A stretch of 53,622 nucleotides of DNA from Tubiluchus corallicola. Its lineage: Eukaryota; Animalia; Priapulida. The notes under the pieces are model-generated. The model was not told where the DNA came from, ran no database searches, and saw only the letters and a list, made by a program, of their open reading frames with translations. Position numbers and translations under genes: made by a program. Location: contig JAQGDQ010001230.1 of NCBI GenBank assembly GCA_030141605.1, positions 1-53,622 of the forward strand, in the 5' to 3' direction. Below are positions 1 to 12,949 of this stretch, piece by piece (within the stretch, counting starts at the first letter, position 1; each line of letters starts with the position of its first letter).

Positions 1-782
1 GCTACGGCTAGTGACGGCAACCACTACGGTATTATAAAACGCTGATCTGACTTGATGATAGGAACACTGCGCAACGGCAAGAGCAATATTTACTTTCCGG
101 CCAAAAAAGTAAGTGGTAAGAGTGATCATTAATCATCGCAGAATGTCAGTTCTTTATTATGCGCTAATGGAGTACATAAAATATGTTTCTAAGAGTATTT
201 ATACTGCTAAATAACCATTCATGCTGGTGCTTGTAATACGCCTACTATCAAAACTACAGGTATACTTTCAATTTCCAAAATTCAGCATTCTGGCTTGTGC
301 TGATTAGGCTGGCCTGCTCATACCCTTAATACAAACTTATCATTAATAATTATAAATTTATGATATACAGATTGATTTTGATGGTGATGCCATCAAAGAT
401 TTTTTCAAAACTTTTTTTAATTAATATGAAGCATGAAAATGACAAATTTTTAAGACTTGCAATCCAGTCAGACAGCGATATCTCTGTGCATTGGGCAAGA
501 CTTTTCATGAAATAGTAGGATGTCCCTTTATTATTAACTAAAATCCTTATTTTTTTACAATTACGAAAAAGCGTTCAACTTATGAGAATTGAAAAAAATA
601 ATGGCAGTAGCATCATGATTTTAGACTTACATCTCGAGTGAACAAGCCTGTCCAATCCCAGGACCACTAGGGGCTTTGCCTATAGTCGTGCTTGTGTCTG
701 CCATTAATTTATGTGGTCATTGAAATATTTAATTGTACTTATTATTACTATTAATTGTTTTGATTTTTGTTCAAAATAATTA

Positions 783-1430
783 TTACATCACACACGCAAC
801 ACAGATACATGATACTTACATCACACATACATCACACGTACATCATACTTACAACATACTTACGTCACACATACATCACACTAACATCACACACACATCA
901 CATATACATCATACTTACATCACACATACACCACACTGACATCACACTTACATCACACATACATCACACTTAAGTCACACTTACGCCACACATACATCAC
1001 ACATACATCACACTAACATCACACGTACATCATACTTACATCACACATACATCACACTAACATCACACATACATCATACACATACATCACACACATACAT
1101 CATACTTACAGCATACTTATATCACACATACATCATACTTACATTACACATACATCACACATACATCACACTAACATCACACGTACATCATACTTACATC
1201 ACACATACATCACACACACACACATATACATCATACTTACATCACACATACATCACACGTACACCACACTGACATCACACGTACATCATACTTACATATA
1301 CTTACGTCACACATACATCACACTAACAACACACACACATCACATATACATCATATTTACATCACACATACATCACACTAACATCACACATACATCATAC
1401 ACATACATCACGCATACATCACATTTACAC
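783..1430. repeat. Degenerate ~11-bp minisatellite (ACATCACACAT/ACATCATACTT variants)
   Basis: Direct tandem repetition. A short reverse-complement copy lies at ~1888-1925. ORFs 733-939 and 767-973 are translations of this repeat. Confidence 0.92.
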
Positions 1431-1924
1431 CTAAATTCCATTTAGAATTTAATCGTAATTTAGAGTTACATTTAGACTTTGGACTTAAAACGAATGAGGT
1501 CAAGGATACAAGAAGTTAGCCAACAATGTGGTTAAAAAAATAATTCTTGATTTTTGTCAGAAATGGGTCGCGAGAGAAACCAAATTTATGTACTCTGTTT
1601 TACGTAAAATTTGCAATCAAACGTTTTTAGTAGTTTTGAAACGGTTTTAAACTTTGTGGTCTGTCTTTTTATATCATTCATAATAAAGTCAGAATGGAGT
1701 TGGGTTTAGGCCTATAGGGAGAAAACGAAAACAGACAATTGTTCAGCCTCCGGCAACTAGCCTGCAAATTTACTTTATAAAAAACATAATAATTTTGGAA
1801 TTAGTTTTATTAGTGAAAGAGTTTGTGTGAGCTGTCTGAGAAGGATGGGGTGTCAAAATTGCATGAACGAATACAAATAATACCTGTAATGTATGTGTGA
1901 TGTAAATGTGATGTTAGTGTGATG

Positions 1925-2557
1925 TATATAATATATAATGAAATATAACTATAACTTCCGGGCCCACCGGGAGGAACGCAGGCCGAAAAACCTCCAAAAA
2001 TGGCCATTTTGCCTATTTTTTGCAAAACGTCTTATTTCTAGAGATCCAGAACAGGCCGCAGGTTGTGCTGGTAATGATTGAATAGCTCATTTAATGATGG
2101 GTGTAATAGTCATACTTACATTTCACGAGAGGGCCATCAGTGCTCGCTACAGGCATATTCCCGGACCCAACTCCCAATTTTTTCGAAATTTTGGCCAGAT
2201 TGCTTGTAGAAAAAACGTTCTAGCGGCGCCTGGTGGGACTCTTGGAAGGAGATGTTGAGCTCTTTAGAAAGAGAAAGAACAGGGCTACACGATGATGCGA
2301 GCTGCATTTTTGGACGCTTCCTTTCTGAGGAGTTGTGACGAGTTGATTGGCGGTTCCATTTTGCACGATTTTCGCTTGGAAAACTGCTGACGCAATGCCA
2401 TTGTTGTGACGTCATCCATTATACTCTGTCTATAACCTTATAGGTTTAATTCACTAAAGTTGCTGCTGCTGGCTTTGCGTTATAAATGAGGACTATGTAG
2501 GATGTTTTTCGATTATACGTGTATTTATATGCAAACTTTTTGCGGGGCCTTTGCTAG
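1925..2557 (+). mobile_element. Non-autonomous Helitron-like element, copy A
   Basis: Ends TTTTGCGGGGCCTTTGCTAG|T (CTAG 3' end before T). Shares internal blocks with 3601-4128 (AAAAAACGTTCTAGCGGCGCCTGGTGGGACTCT; TGACGTCATCCATTAYACTCTGTCTATAA). 5' boundary approximate. Confidence 0.55.
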
Positions 2558-2939
2558 TGTATATAAATATATAGAAAAATGATAAAATGGTTTTGTTGGA
2601 TTATTCAAAATTGATAAACAAATTATTCACCACCCAAGGAGTTGAGCTCTCATTTGTCACAATTTCGTTTATAGATGACAGAAGGAGACAAAAGACAGAA
2701 AAAAGTGGGAACAAAATTTCAGGGAATTCTTAGTAATAAAGCAAAGTAGTAAAAGTTTCATTTCTATTTTAGTTCATATTTTTACTTCAAGGCTTCTCTA
2801 TTGAAAAGGTCATAAATATTTTGCTACAATCTCTTCAAGCAGAAAATTCAGATAATGGATAATGCACGTGCTCAGAATCATAATTTGAGTCTAAGAGGTT
2901 CTTGTCCGAACCGACAGCTCAAGGTTTGCCTTACACCTA

Positions 2940-2947
2940 CCTCTCTC

Positions 2948-2981
<34 letters not shown>

Positions 2982-3006
2982 CTGTCTCTCCCTCTCTCTC
3001 CCTCTC
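2940..3006. repeat. (CT)n microsatellite
   Basis: Direct reading. Confidence 0.95.
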
Positions 3007-3600
3007 TGACTAACGGTATAACCCATAAACTGACTAACTGGCTGACTGACTAACTGGCAAGTGACTGACCGCTTAACAGCTTAAGTGAGTGTGTGATTGA
3101 TTAACTCGCTGTGCAGAAGGCAGACTCTTTGACTGACTTTCTGGTTGACTGACTGACTAATTATTTTGAGGTAGCAGTTAGGTAAATTGAAACTGAGATA
3201 ATGGAGTTTCTACCACCATCAAACATTGTCATGTAAAATTAATCACGTGGGACCACATTTTTTTAGAATTTGAATAAAAAGGATTAAAATATTTTAAAAT
3301 CAATCAAAAAATAAATTCCACCGGCATTAATTATAAATCTAGAATAATTTGTAACATCATCATCATCGTCGTCGTCGTCATCGTCTTTGTCGTCGCCGTT
3401 TCAGTTTTTCAAAAAATAGTAATATATCAACGCAAGCATAACAGAAGGAGATTTACCTTGAGATGATAATTTGGCCAGTAACCTTTTCTCAACAGGTACT
3501 AGACGCATCATAATAATATAGAATCCACCTTTCCGTAATTTCAATTGACAAGATTTATGATTTTATTATTGCCATGAACGACCTTCACATAAAACTAGTA

Positions 3601-4128
3601 TCTATTAAAGTGCTAAAATCTTGAAAACGCTTAGGGCTTTTTCTACTTTGCGGGAACGGGCCGGGTGTGGTGCCGGCCATGGATAGATAGCCCGTTCAGC
3701 GGTGGGTGTCATAGGCATATTTAGAATTTGCGAGAGGGAAACGGCGTCCCGCAACGGGCGTTTTCCCGGACGAAACTCGCGATTTTTCCGAAATTTTGAC
3801 CAAACAGCCTGTAGAAAAAACGTTCTAGCGGCGCCTGGTGGGACTCTCGGAAGAGGAGAGAAGAGGGCTAGCACGATGATGTGGGCTATATTTTAGGACA
3901 CGTCCACCAAGAGGAGTGCCGACGAGTTAATTAGATGTTCGTTTTTCGTTCTCAATTTTCGAAAACTAGTTGTTCTGACGTCATCCATTACACTCTGTCT
4001 ATAATCTTATAACTTTAATTCAGTAAAAGCTGCTGTTGCTTTGCATTAGGTAAGTAAACGAACACTAGGTAGAATGTTTGCGCATTGTTGATTATGAGTG
4101 TATATTTTTTTTGCGGGGCCTTTGCTAG
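3601..4128 (+). mobile_element. Non-autonomous Helitron-like element, copy B
   Basis: Starts A|TCTATT and ends GCGGGGCCTTTGCTAG|T: TC...CTAG termini between A and T with no TSD, the Helitron rule. Homologous to copy A. Confidence 0.62.
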
Positions 4129-4914
4129 TTATATAATATTATTATCCGCTGTTTTTTGCAAGTGATGCAATAAAAATGCTTGTCATTATTACTGATTTTA
4201 ATTTTGATAAACACACATCATTTAATTGACTTACTAATTAATTTAGTTAATCGTTTCGAGTTCGCAGCTAGCTATAAGCACGTAATGAACTAAACATTCT
4301 AGGTCGGTTTCTTCTAAAGCTTACCGAGCCTTCAATGAATACTGTGATAATTATAATACTAATTAAATTGCTGCACTAGTTTCACTGATGATAAATTTTG
4401 GTATTTGTTTAGATTTTGTGACTCAGTTCTGTTATTTACTGTTTTTGTGACGCGTAACATATTTTTGAAATAAAAATCTCTTAGTAAAATGTTAATGTAA
4501 ACCGTCCGACGACTTTTTCTACTTCGTTTATTTTAAAAGTTGTACATAAAATACCGAATTAAGGTGGAAAAACAGAAATTCAATTATCTGCTTTTAATTG
4601 CTATACGATATTTTACTGCATACGTCTAATTTAGTGATCGAAGCGATGGTTCTTAAAAATATTGTGAGGGTTAGGAATTACATAGATAGTAAAAAATAGG
4701 CCTGCAACTTTAATATTGGTGCCCAAATGTCTCGTCCCCAAACGTCTCGTGCCCAGATGTCACGTACCCAGTGAGGAACCCATCCACTACTTACGTAAAG
4801 TTTGCTCAGTTCTTCACTGAATTGTAAATTTGCAATTGCCAAGTGCATGGCTCTAGAAAAGTAGCATTATTATTAAAACAGCTTAAACTGTTTGATTTTT
4901 GTACAAGATTAAAA

Positions 4915-6328
4915 CTGCTGAGTCATGGTACCTTACGAATGATGCAAGGATTGTCAAGTCGTCGTGCATCTGAGGAAGCTGCTGAGTTATGGTAGCTTAC
5001 GAATGATGCAAGGATTGTCAAGTCGTCGTGCATCTGAGGCAGCTGCTGAGTCATGGTAGCTTACGAATGATGCAAGGATTGTCAAGTCGTCGTGCATCTG
5101 TGGAAGCTGCTGAGTCATGGTAGCTTAGGAATGATGTAAGATTGTCAAGTCGTCGTGCATCTTGGAAGCTGCTGAGTTATGGTAGCTTACGAATGATGCA
5201 AGGATTGTCAAGTCGTCGTGCATCTATGGAAGCTGCTGAGTTATGGTAGCTTACGAATGATGCAAGGATTGTCAAGTCGTCGTGCATCTATGGAAGCTGC
5301 TGAGTCATGGTAGCTTAGGAATGATGTAAGCATTGTCAAGTCGTCGTGCATCTATGGAAGCTGCTGAGTCATGGTAGCTTACGAATGATGCAAGGATTGT
5401 CAAGTTGTCGTGCATCTGAGGAAGCTGCTGAGTCATGGTAGCTTAGGAATGATGTAAGCATTGTCAAGTCGTCGCGCATCTGAGGAAGCTGCTGAGTCAT
5501 GGTAGCTTACGAATGATGCAAGGATTGTCAAGTCGTCGTGCATCTATGGAAGCTGCTGAGTTATGGTAGCTTACGAATGATGCAAGGATTGTCAAGTCGT
5601 CGCGCATCTGAGGAAGCTGCTGAGTCATGGTAGCTTACGAATGATGCAAGGATTGTCAAGTCGTCGTGCATCTGAGGAAGCTGCTGAGTTATGGTAGCTT
5701 ACGAATGATGCAAGGATTGTCAAGTCGTCGCGCATCTGAGGAAGCTGCTGAGTCATGGTAGCTTACGAATGATGCAAGGATTGTCAAGTCGTCGTGCATC
5801 TATGGAAGCTGCTGAGTTATGGTAGCTTACGAATGATGCAAGGATTGTCAAGTCGTCGCGCATCTGAGGAAGCTGCTGAGTCATGGTAGCTTACGAATGA
5901 TGCAAGGATTGTCAAGTCGTCGTGCATCTGAGGAAGCTGCTGAGTTATGGTAGCTTACGAATGATGCAAGGATTGTCAAGTCGTCGCGCATCTGAGGAAG
6001 CTGCTGAGTCATGGTAGCTTACGAATGATGCAAGGATTGTCAAGTCGTCGTGCATCTGAGGAAGCTGCTGAGTTATGGTAGCTGACGAATGATGCAAGGA
6101 TTGTCAAGTCGTCGTGCATCTATGGAAGCTGCTGAGTCATGGTAGCTTACAAATGATGCAAGGATTGTCAAGTCGTCGTGCATCTATGGAAGCTGCTGAG
6201 TCATGGTAGCTTACGAATGATGCAAGGATTGTCAAGTTGTCGTGCATCTGAGGAAGCTGCTGAGTCATGGTAGCTTACGAATGATGCAAGGATTGTCAAG
6301 TTGTCGTGCATCTATAGAAGCTGCTGCT
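4915..6328. repeat. 64-bp tandem repeat, ~22 copies
   Basis: Unit GCTGCTGAGTCATGGTAGCTTACGAATGATGCAAGGATTGTCAAGTCGTCGTGCATCTGAGGAA; period checked 4978 to 5042. Confidence 0.97.
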
Positions 6329-7124
6329 GATTTTTCAGCTATCCTGGCATGTATATGCAAGCTCTACTATTAAAAACACCCTTTCTATTCACAAAATAAC
6401 TCGTCGCCTCAGTGCAAATTATTGTTTTGGTCAAAGTGGTGCTTGGTTATCTGAATGTGACGGATGTTTTCGAGACCAGCACATTTTTATATAGTTAATT
6501 TGACTTAATGGTGATACATTTCCAGTACGTTTTACCAGAATTAGTCCTGTGCCAAGCTATTATGTGTAAATGCCATACTCACCTTTCAGGGGGCGTTACT
6601 GTTTATTTACTTCTGATTACTTTTACCTTTGGCCACTGTACTTGTACGTCTTTCTGACAAGAATTTTTTAAATTTATTGTGTGCTTTGTTTACTTTATTC
6701 AGACACCTCGGTAGATAAATACGTATAGACGCGCAAGAATAGACCAATGTAGTTTTTGTTCGTACATATTTGTGAACTGTGTGGTGGCCATTATTTTTTG
6801 AGCAATGATTTCTTTTCGGTAAGTACTTGCCGTTCTTTCAACTACTTTTCTGCCTGGTAAACGACAAACAGGTGGTGGCTTTTTTCACACAATTGCAGTC
6901 TAAAATAAACAGATTGTTGATATCGAAACACCAATGAATGTACAATCTCTGTACCATCCTTAAATTTTGATGCCAAACGTGAAAGACAACAAATGCAAAA
7001 AACTGAAACACATTGGGGGCCTTCTACTTACAAGACAGACGCCTTAAGCTACAAGGCCACTATATTCTCCAGCGATCAATGCAGCCCACGAAAATTTTAA
7101 GCTCAAGATAAATAAAAAATGAAA

Positions 7125-7680
7125 AACTTTTTATTAAAAATTAAAAGTTAAAATAATGCCAAACGTTTCCACTAGCTGCTGCTGTCATCATCAATGGGAA
7201 ATTTACAAACATACAACCAGTTTATATAGGCAGAGTCTATTATGCACTAATTAAGTAGTTAACAGGAGCCAAATAGGTAAAGATTCAGCAGACCTGAAGA
7301 AAAAAAGTCATGCAGTAACAAACAGATAAGTGTTTGAAAATAAAGTTAAAGGAATTGAACTGTTTTGTACTTTGTATAGTAATAGAAGGCTTGTCATGGT
7401 ACGTGGATAAACTTTCTTTTATTAATAAGTCGCTAAAATGGCTGGAATAGAAACAAAAAATAATCTAATTAGTTAGAAGTGCACTAGTGCCAGTCATCTA
7501 ACATTGGAAATGCTGAAATTGGCTACCCAGTTATCAGGGATGCGACTGCTTTGATCACTCTGGCCTAATGATCTAAGACATACTTCTTGTAAGTAGGTTC
7601 CTCGTTAAAATCTAGGCTGTATTACAAGTTTTTCACGTTTCCTGCCTTTCAGTTTTGGTTTCAAAATATTATTAATTGTT
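7125..7680 (-). mobile_element. Penelope-like element relic (GIY-YIG C-terminus plus pLTR with hammerhead-like core)
   Basis: Minus strand near 7320-7432 reads DLLIKESLSTYHDKPSITIQSTKQFNSFNFIF, like the LLIKESL..I...KP.LN end of Penelope GIY-YIG domains. Hammerhead-like core at ~7157-7197. Homologous to ~25960-26360 and ~34965-35065. Confidence 0.6.
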
Positions 7681-8540
7681 GGTTTGTATCATCATTAATA
7701 ATAATGTCATTAAGATGATAAAAATTAGTGGAACCACGGATGCTCGTTCTTATAAGCAATGGAGAACAATGTGGTTTTTAAGGTTCGATTGCTCAGTTAC
7801 ATTGTTTCATACGCCTTGTGTTACATGCAGGAAGGCAACACCGGACGATTGCGAAAATGTTCACCAAATCAATACGGAACTTTACAGTCAACGCGACCCG
7901 ATATCTTGTCGCGAAACGTTCGAATTTTTGTTGTCACGTTCCTACAATTTAGGAGCCATAGCAGAACTGAAAGGGGAAACGGTGCGTAATTACAAATTCA
8001 ACATGATTACCATGTTGCTATGTTACTATACATAAGTATGAAATGATTCAACTAATTGTGCAAACTGTGGTCAATAGCCTTAATCTGGAAGTAGTTATTT
8101 CCTAATGACACTAAAAGAAAGGTATCCTTAACTAAATGAACATAAAATAAAATCTCGACAAATTTAATGAAATCAAGTTGAGATTTACACATGGGACAAG
8201 AATAAGAGGAATATGGTCACTTGATGCACTTATCAACTGAAATGTAGAGCCTGGAGAGTAACTAGATGGTTGATTGCTTTGATATCTGACTCATCGCAAT
8301 TTCATTGTTTGCATTGTTGACTGAGGACACATATATATATCCAAGCATAGCTGATGCACCTCTGGTGGTTTAGTGTTTCGATCTTAAAAATATTTTTGCC
8401 AATGACACCAAATTAGGCCTCATCTCAGACATCTACATCAAATAGATCCTACCATTGAGTACTGGATTTCTTTCGCCGTGTACCAAGCTGGAACGAAAAA
8501 ATTAATATTTTATTACATTGTTATTACAGTCACTTAAAAC

Positions 8541-10322
8541 AGGCATAATTTTAACTTTTTAACTTTGTAAAGTAAGGCATGAATTCAACTTTTTAACTTT
8601 GTAAAGTAAGGCATGAATTCAACTTTTTAACTTTGTAAAGTAAGGCATGAATTCAACTTTCTAACTTTGTAAAGTAAGGCATGAATTCAACTTTTTAACT
8701 TTGTAAAGTAAGGCATGAATTCAACTTTTTAACTTTGTAAAGTAAGGCATGAATTCAACTTTCTAACTTTGTAAAGTAAGGCATGAATTCAACTTTCTAA
8801 CTTTGTAAAGTAAGGCATGAATTCAACTTTTTAACTTTGTAAAGTAAGGCATGAATTCAACTTTTTAACTTTGTAAAGTAAGGCATGAATTCAACTTTTT
8901 AACTTTGTAAAGTAAGGCATGAATTCAACTTTTTAACTTTGAAAAGTAAGGCATGAATTCAACTTTTTAACTCTGTAAAGTAAGGCATGAATTCAACTTT
9001 TTAACTTTGTAAAGTAAGGCATGAATTCAACTTTCTAACTTTGTAAAGTAAGGCATGAATTCAACTTTTTAACTTTGTAAAGTAAGGCATGAATTCAACT
9101 TTTTAACTTTGTAAAGTAAGGCATGAATTCAACTTTTTAACTTTGTAAAGTAAGGCATGAATTCAACTTTTTAACTTTGTAAAGTAAGGCATGAATTCAA
9201 CTTTTTAACTTTGTAAAGTAAGGCATGAATTCAACTTTTTAACTTTGTAAAGTAAGGCATGAATTCAACTTTTTAACTTTGTAAAGTAAGGCATGAATTC
9301 AACTTTTTAACTTTGTAAAGAAAGGCATGAATTCAACTTTTTAACTTTGTAAAGAAAGGCATGAATTCAACTTTCTAACTTTGTAAAGTAAGGCATGAAT
9401 TCAACTTTCTAACTTTGTAAAGTAAGGCATGAATTCAACTTTGTAAAGTAAGGCATGAATTCAACTTTCTAACTTTGTAAAGTAAGGCATGAATTCAACT
9501 TTTTAACTTTGTAAAGTAAGGCATGAATTCAACTTTCTAACTTTGTAAAGAAAGGCATGAATTCAACTTTCTAACTTTGTAAAGTAAGGCATGAATTCAA
9601 CTTTGTAAAGTAAGGCATGAATTCAACTTTCTAACTTTGTAAAGTAAGGCATGAATTCAACTTTTTAACTTTGTAAAGAAAGGCATGAATTCAACTTTTT
9701 AACTTTGTAAAGTAAGGCATGAATTTAACTTTTTTACTTTGTAAAGTAAGGCATGAATTCAACTTTTTAACTTTGTGAAGTAAGGCATGAATTCAACTTT
9801 TTTACTTTGTAAAGAAAGGCATGAATTCAACTTTTTAACTTTGTAAAGTAAGGCATGAATTTAACTTTTTTACTTTGTAAAGTAAGGCATGAATTCAACT
9901 TTTTAACTTTGTGAAGTAAGGCATGAATTCAACTTTTTAACTTTGTGAAGTAAGGCATGAATTCAACTTTTTAACTTTGTAAAGAAAGGCATGAATTCAA
10001 CTTTTTAACTTTGTAAAGAAAGGCATGAATTCAACTTTTTAACTTTGTAAAGAAAGGCATGAATTCAACTTTTTAACTTTGTGAAGTAAGGCATGAATTC
10101 AACTTTTTAACTTTGTAAAGTAAGGCATGAATTCAACTTTTTAACTTTGTAAAGAAAGGCATGAATTCAACTTTTTAACTTTGTAAAGTAAGGCATGAAT
10201 TTAACTTTTTTACTTTGTAAAGTAAGGCATGAATTCAACTTTTTAACTTTGTGAAGTAAGGCATGAATTCAACTTTTTAACTTTGCGAAGTAAGGCATGA
10301 ATTCAACTTTTTAACTTTGTAA
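8541..10322. repeat. 34-bp tandem repeat with an EcoRI site, ~52 copies
   Basis: Unit AAGGCATGAATTCAACTTTTTAACTTTGTAAAGT; GAATTC recurs at 8581 and 8615. Confidence 0.97.
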
Positions 10323-10431
10323 TGTAGAAACTAAGCACTTATGTTAGTGATGTTAATTAAATCCAGAGATTTCTTTTTAAGTTATACGTACGTCAACGTA
10401 TACCTGGCCATCACTTTGTAATTAATTACAG

Positions 10432-10659
10432 GTTGGCTTTGAAATGGTTACCGTAATGGATGCCGGAAAGACAATCATCTCTCGTTTCCGTCGAGTGAAA
10501 CCGGAACTACAGAAAAAGCGAATCAGTGCCAATCTTCAGCTTTACACAATACAACAGCTTGATTCATGGCGCTTGGGTGTAACTGATCACGTGTATATGA
10601 ATGGAAGTATGGGCCCTGAACCAGACTATAGAAGAAACGCTACTTGTATAGCTAAAAAG
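10432..10659 (+). CDS. NAT16/histidine N-acetyltransferase-like GNAT protein, internal exon
   Basis: Acceptor TTACAG|10432, donor AAG|GTTAAG at 10660, phase 0/0. VGFEMVTVMDAGKTIISRFRRVKPELQKKRISANLQ resembles the NAT16 GNAT segment as I recall it (ALESVNVIDAGETVLVEGLRVAPWERGKGVAGLLQ). Upstream exon(s) not found. Confidence 0.72.
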
Positions 10660-11445
10660 GTTAAGTATATACTACATACTGTTATTGGGTACGTGTTAAA
10701 GGAAAGGACACGCTTTCTGGGAAGTTAGGCTTATTTCAATATTTTTTAAAAATGTTAGAAAGGATTTGGCAATAAAAGTGTGAGAAGCGCCTCGGGTAAT
10801 TAGTAAAATCACTTTAAAGTCGCGATCATTTCAATTTTGGCTGCTGCCATTTTGAATGTCAATTCTTCCACCAATATCGTTTATCAGTTGAAGAAAAGCA
10901 GCGCACTGTCAATTTCGTTCAAAAGTATGACAAGTTTTTCCAAAAAATAGATAGCTAATCTTGTGATGAGCGTTAGAAAGCGGCAGAAATTTGAATTAGT
11001 TTAAGTAGTGCGCTTACGGAAAGCCACGATGCCAACCTTTACGTCATAATTTTCTAGTAAATAGCGGGCCACCACCGCGTCTGAAATTTTCTATGCAGTG
11101 CTAATATAAATTAACTTTATACTTTATAGACTGTTTTTGTAAATTTCTTTGTTATATTTTTCTTTAAGTTTCTTTATATAATTTCTTTAAGCTTAAGTGA
11201 TAGCAATAAAATAAACTAAACATGCTAAGTGACTTGTTCATATCGTTTTGATATGATTGTCTGACTAACTCTTGATAATTCTAATTTCAAGAAGTTTGTT
11301 AATGGTTGATTGAATCAACAATCATGATCGAAATTGCAACTAAACTTGTCTGAACGGAAATGTGAAAAAAGTTGTGATCGAGTCCAGATCTGAACCAAGG
11401 ATCTTTGGATTACGATTTTGCCATTAACTTGCTGTTATTTTTCAG

Positions 11446-12046
11446 ACTGTGTTTATAAGAGAATGTGTAAAAAGAGATAAAATACTTGAACAATTTGCAC
11501 CATCCTCCATTCAAAACGTTGAAGACGAGAAACAAAAACTTGAAATTCTTTCATCACCGCTCTTAGCTAAAGAACTCTATGGTGGAGACAGAATAATCAT
11601 TGGCACGATGCCGTACAAAGTCATGGCTGAAAACTATGACATGATAATGGAAAACGAAAATCCACATTTAATGGTGGAAATTCAAAACGGCCGTTATTTA
11701 TCAATGAGCTGTAGTTCATTGAATAGACTGCGAGAGCCGAATAAGCATTTCATGCTTTTAGGTGTCTATGGACGAGATCCAAATAAGGTTGTTGATCATT
11801 GTGTGGCACAGGTGAAGTATGGTGGTTGAGAAGAAATCTGATGAGAGCGTACACTTTGCATTAATAATGGACGAAAGTTTTTCTGTTGGTTCAACGGGAA
11901 GACAAATAATCGAGGAAAGAATCAAGAATGAACTTGGAATCGAACCCCAGGAAGGAGTTTCCGACTTTCACCTTGTCACATTCCATACACAAGGGTTAGA
12001 CGTTTTCAAGGAAGAAGCAAAACAGATTCAGATAGAGGGAAGCTGA
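11446..12046 (+). CDS. NAT16-like terminal exon with a 1-nt frameshift near 11820 (pseudogene allele or assembly error)
   Basis: Acceptor TTTTTCAG|ACT in phase with the previous exon. GDRIIIGTMPYKVMAENY and LGVYGRDPNKVVDH resemble the NAT16 C-terminal domain. ORFs 11449-11829 and 11819-12046 join if one G is removed from TATGGTGGTT. AATAAA at ~12119. Confidence 0.7.
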
Positions 12047-12949
12047 TCAAGTGGAAGTAAACAGATTTTTCACACCTAGTTTTGTACTCCTGTGGTAACA
12101 TCATCAAGTGCATTTCACAATAAAACCTCAACATTTAACTGTTCAGCCCACCATCATCCACGGCTCAAAGGTCAACAACAACAGTTTGTCTCATTGAGAC
12201 CTTTCATTTTGGTAAACCCTGGAAGGCATTTGTCTCCTCGACCCCTATTTTGCCCCTTAACAATCGTGTCAATGGTTAACGATTCGTACTGTGACCGGTA
12301 CCATTCGCCTCATCAAAAAGCTTTCACGGGTACTATTCGTAGACACTCGGTCCACTTTAGATCCCAACCCCCATTTTTCCGTTTTTGCCTCCTAGCAGGA
12401 TCGCGGGACAACCATTCTCATTGTAACCTATGCCAAGCGACTCGCGTCATCGATACCTTTCATTTGTCATGCTACACGGTACTATTCTAATGCACTTGAT
12501 CGATTTCTGTTCCCAACCCCCATTTTTCGGTTTTTGCCGGTTTCTGAATTAACACCTAAATTTTGTATCCTTAATGGCTAAAAACGGTTGTTGAAAAATT
12601 GCTTACTAAACTGCCCCTTTTTCGCCCATTAAATGTCTTAAAAGCCTAAAATCAAGTAAAATATAAGGCCCGGACCCTACTGCGGCAGCTTATAACATTT
12701 CCCCAAACCTCCAAGCTGTTTCTAGTTCTGTTCGCCGTGAGACCCGTTACCTAAATAAATACACTTTAAGCATTGATTGAATTCAATATATATTAGATAC
12801 CCTGCCACGCTTATATTACCTTGTCACTGCCACGGTGTCACAAGTGTCGCCCTCTGCACAATCCTTCTCCTCAATGTTCAAATAGATCAAATGAATTACA
12901 AATCAGACAAACACTGAAATGTCGTTCGTCAAAAAAGAAAGAACTTCTT

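Noticed and set aside
733-973. His/Thr-rich ORFs
   Set aside because: Artefacts of the 11-bp repeat.
8160-8300. Faint Merlin/ISXO2 transposase-like words (VEI..., ALIN*NVEPG)
   Set aside because: Too short and interrupted by stops to support without a profile search.
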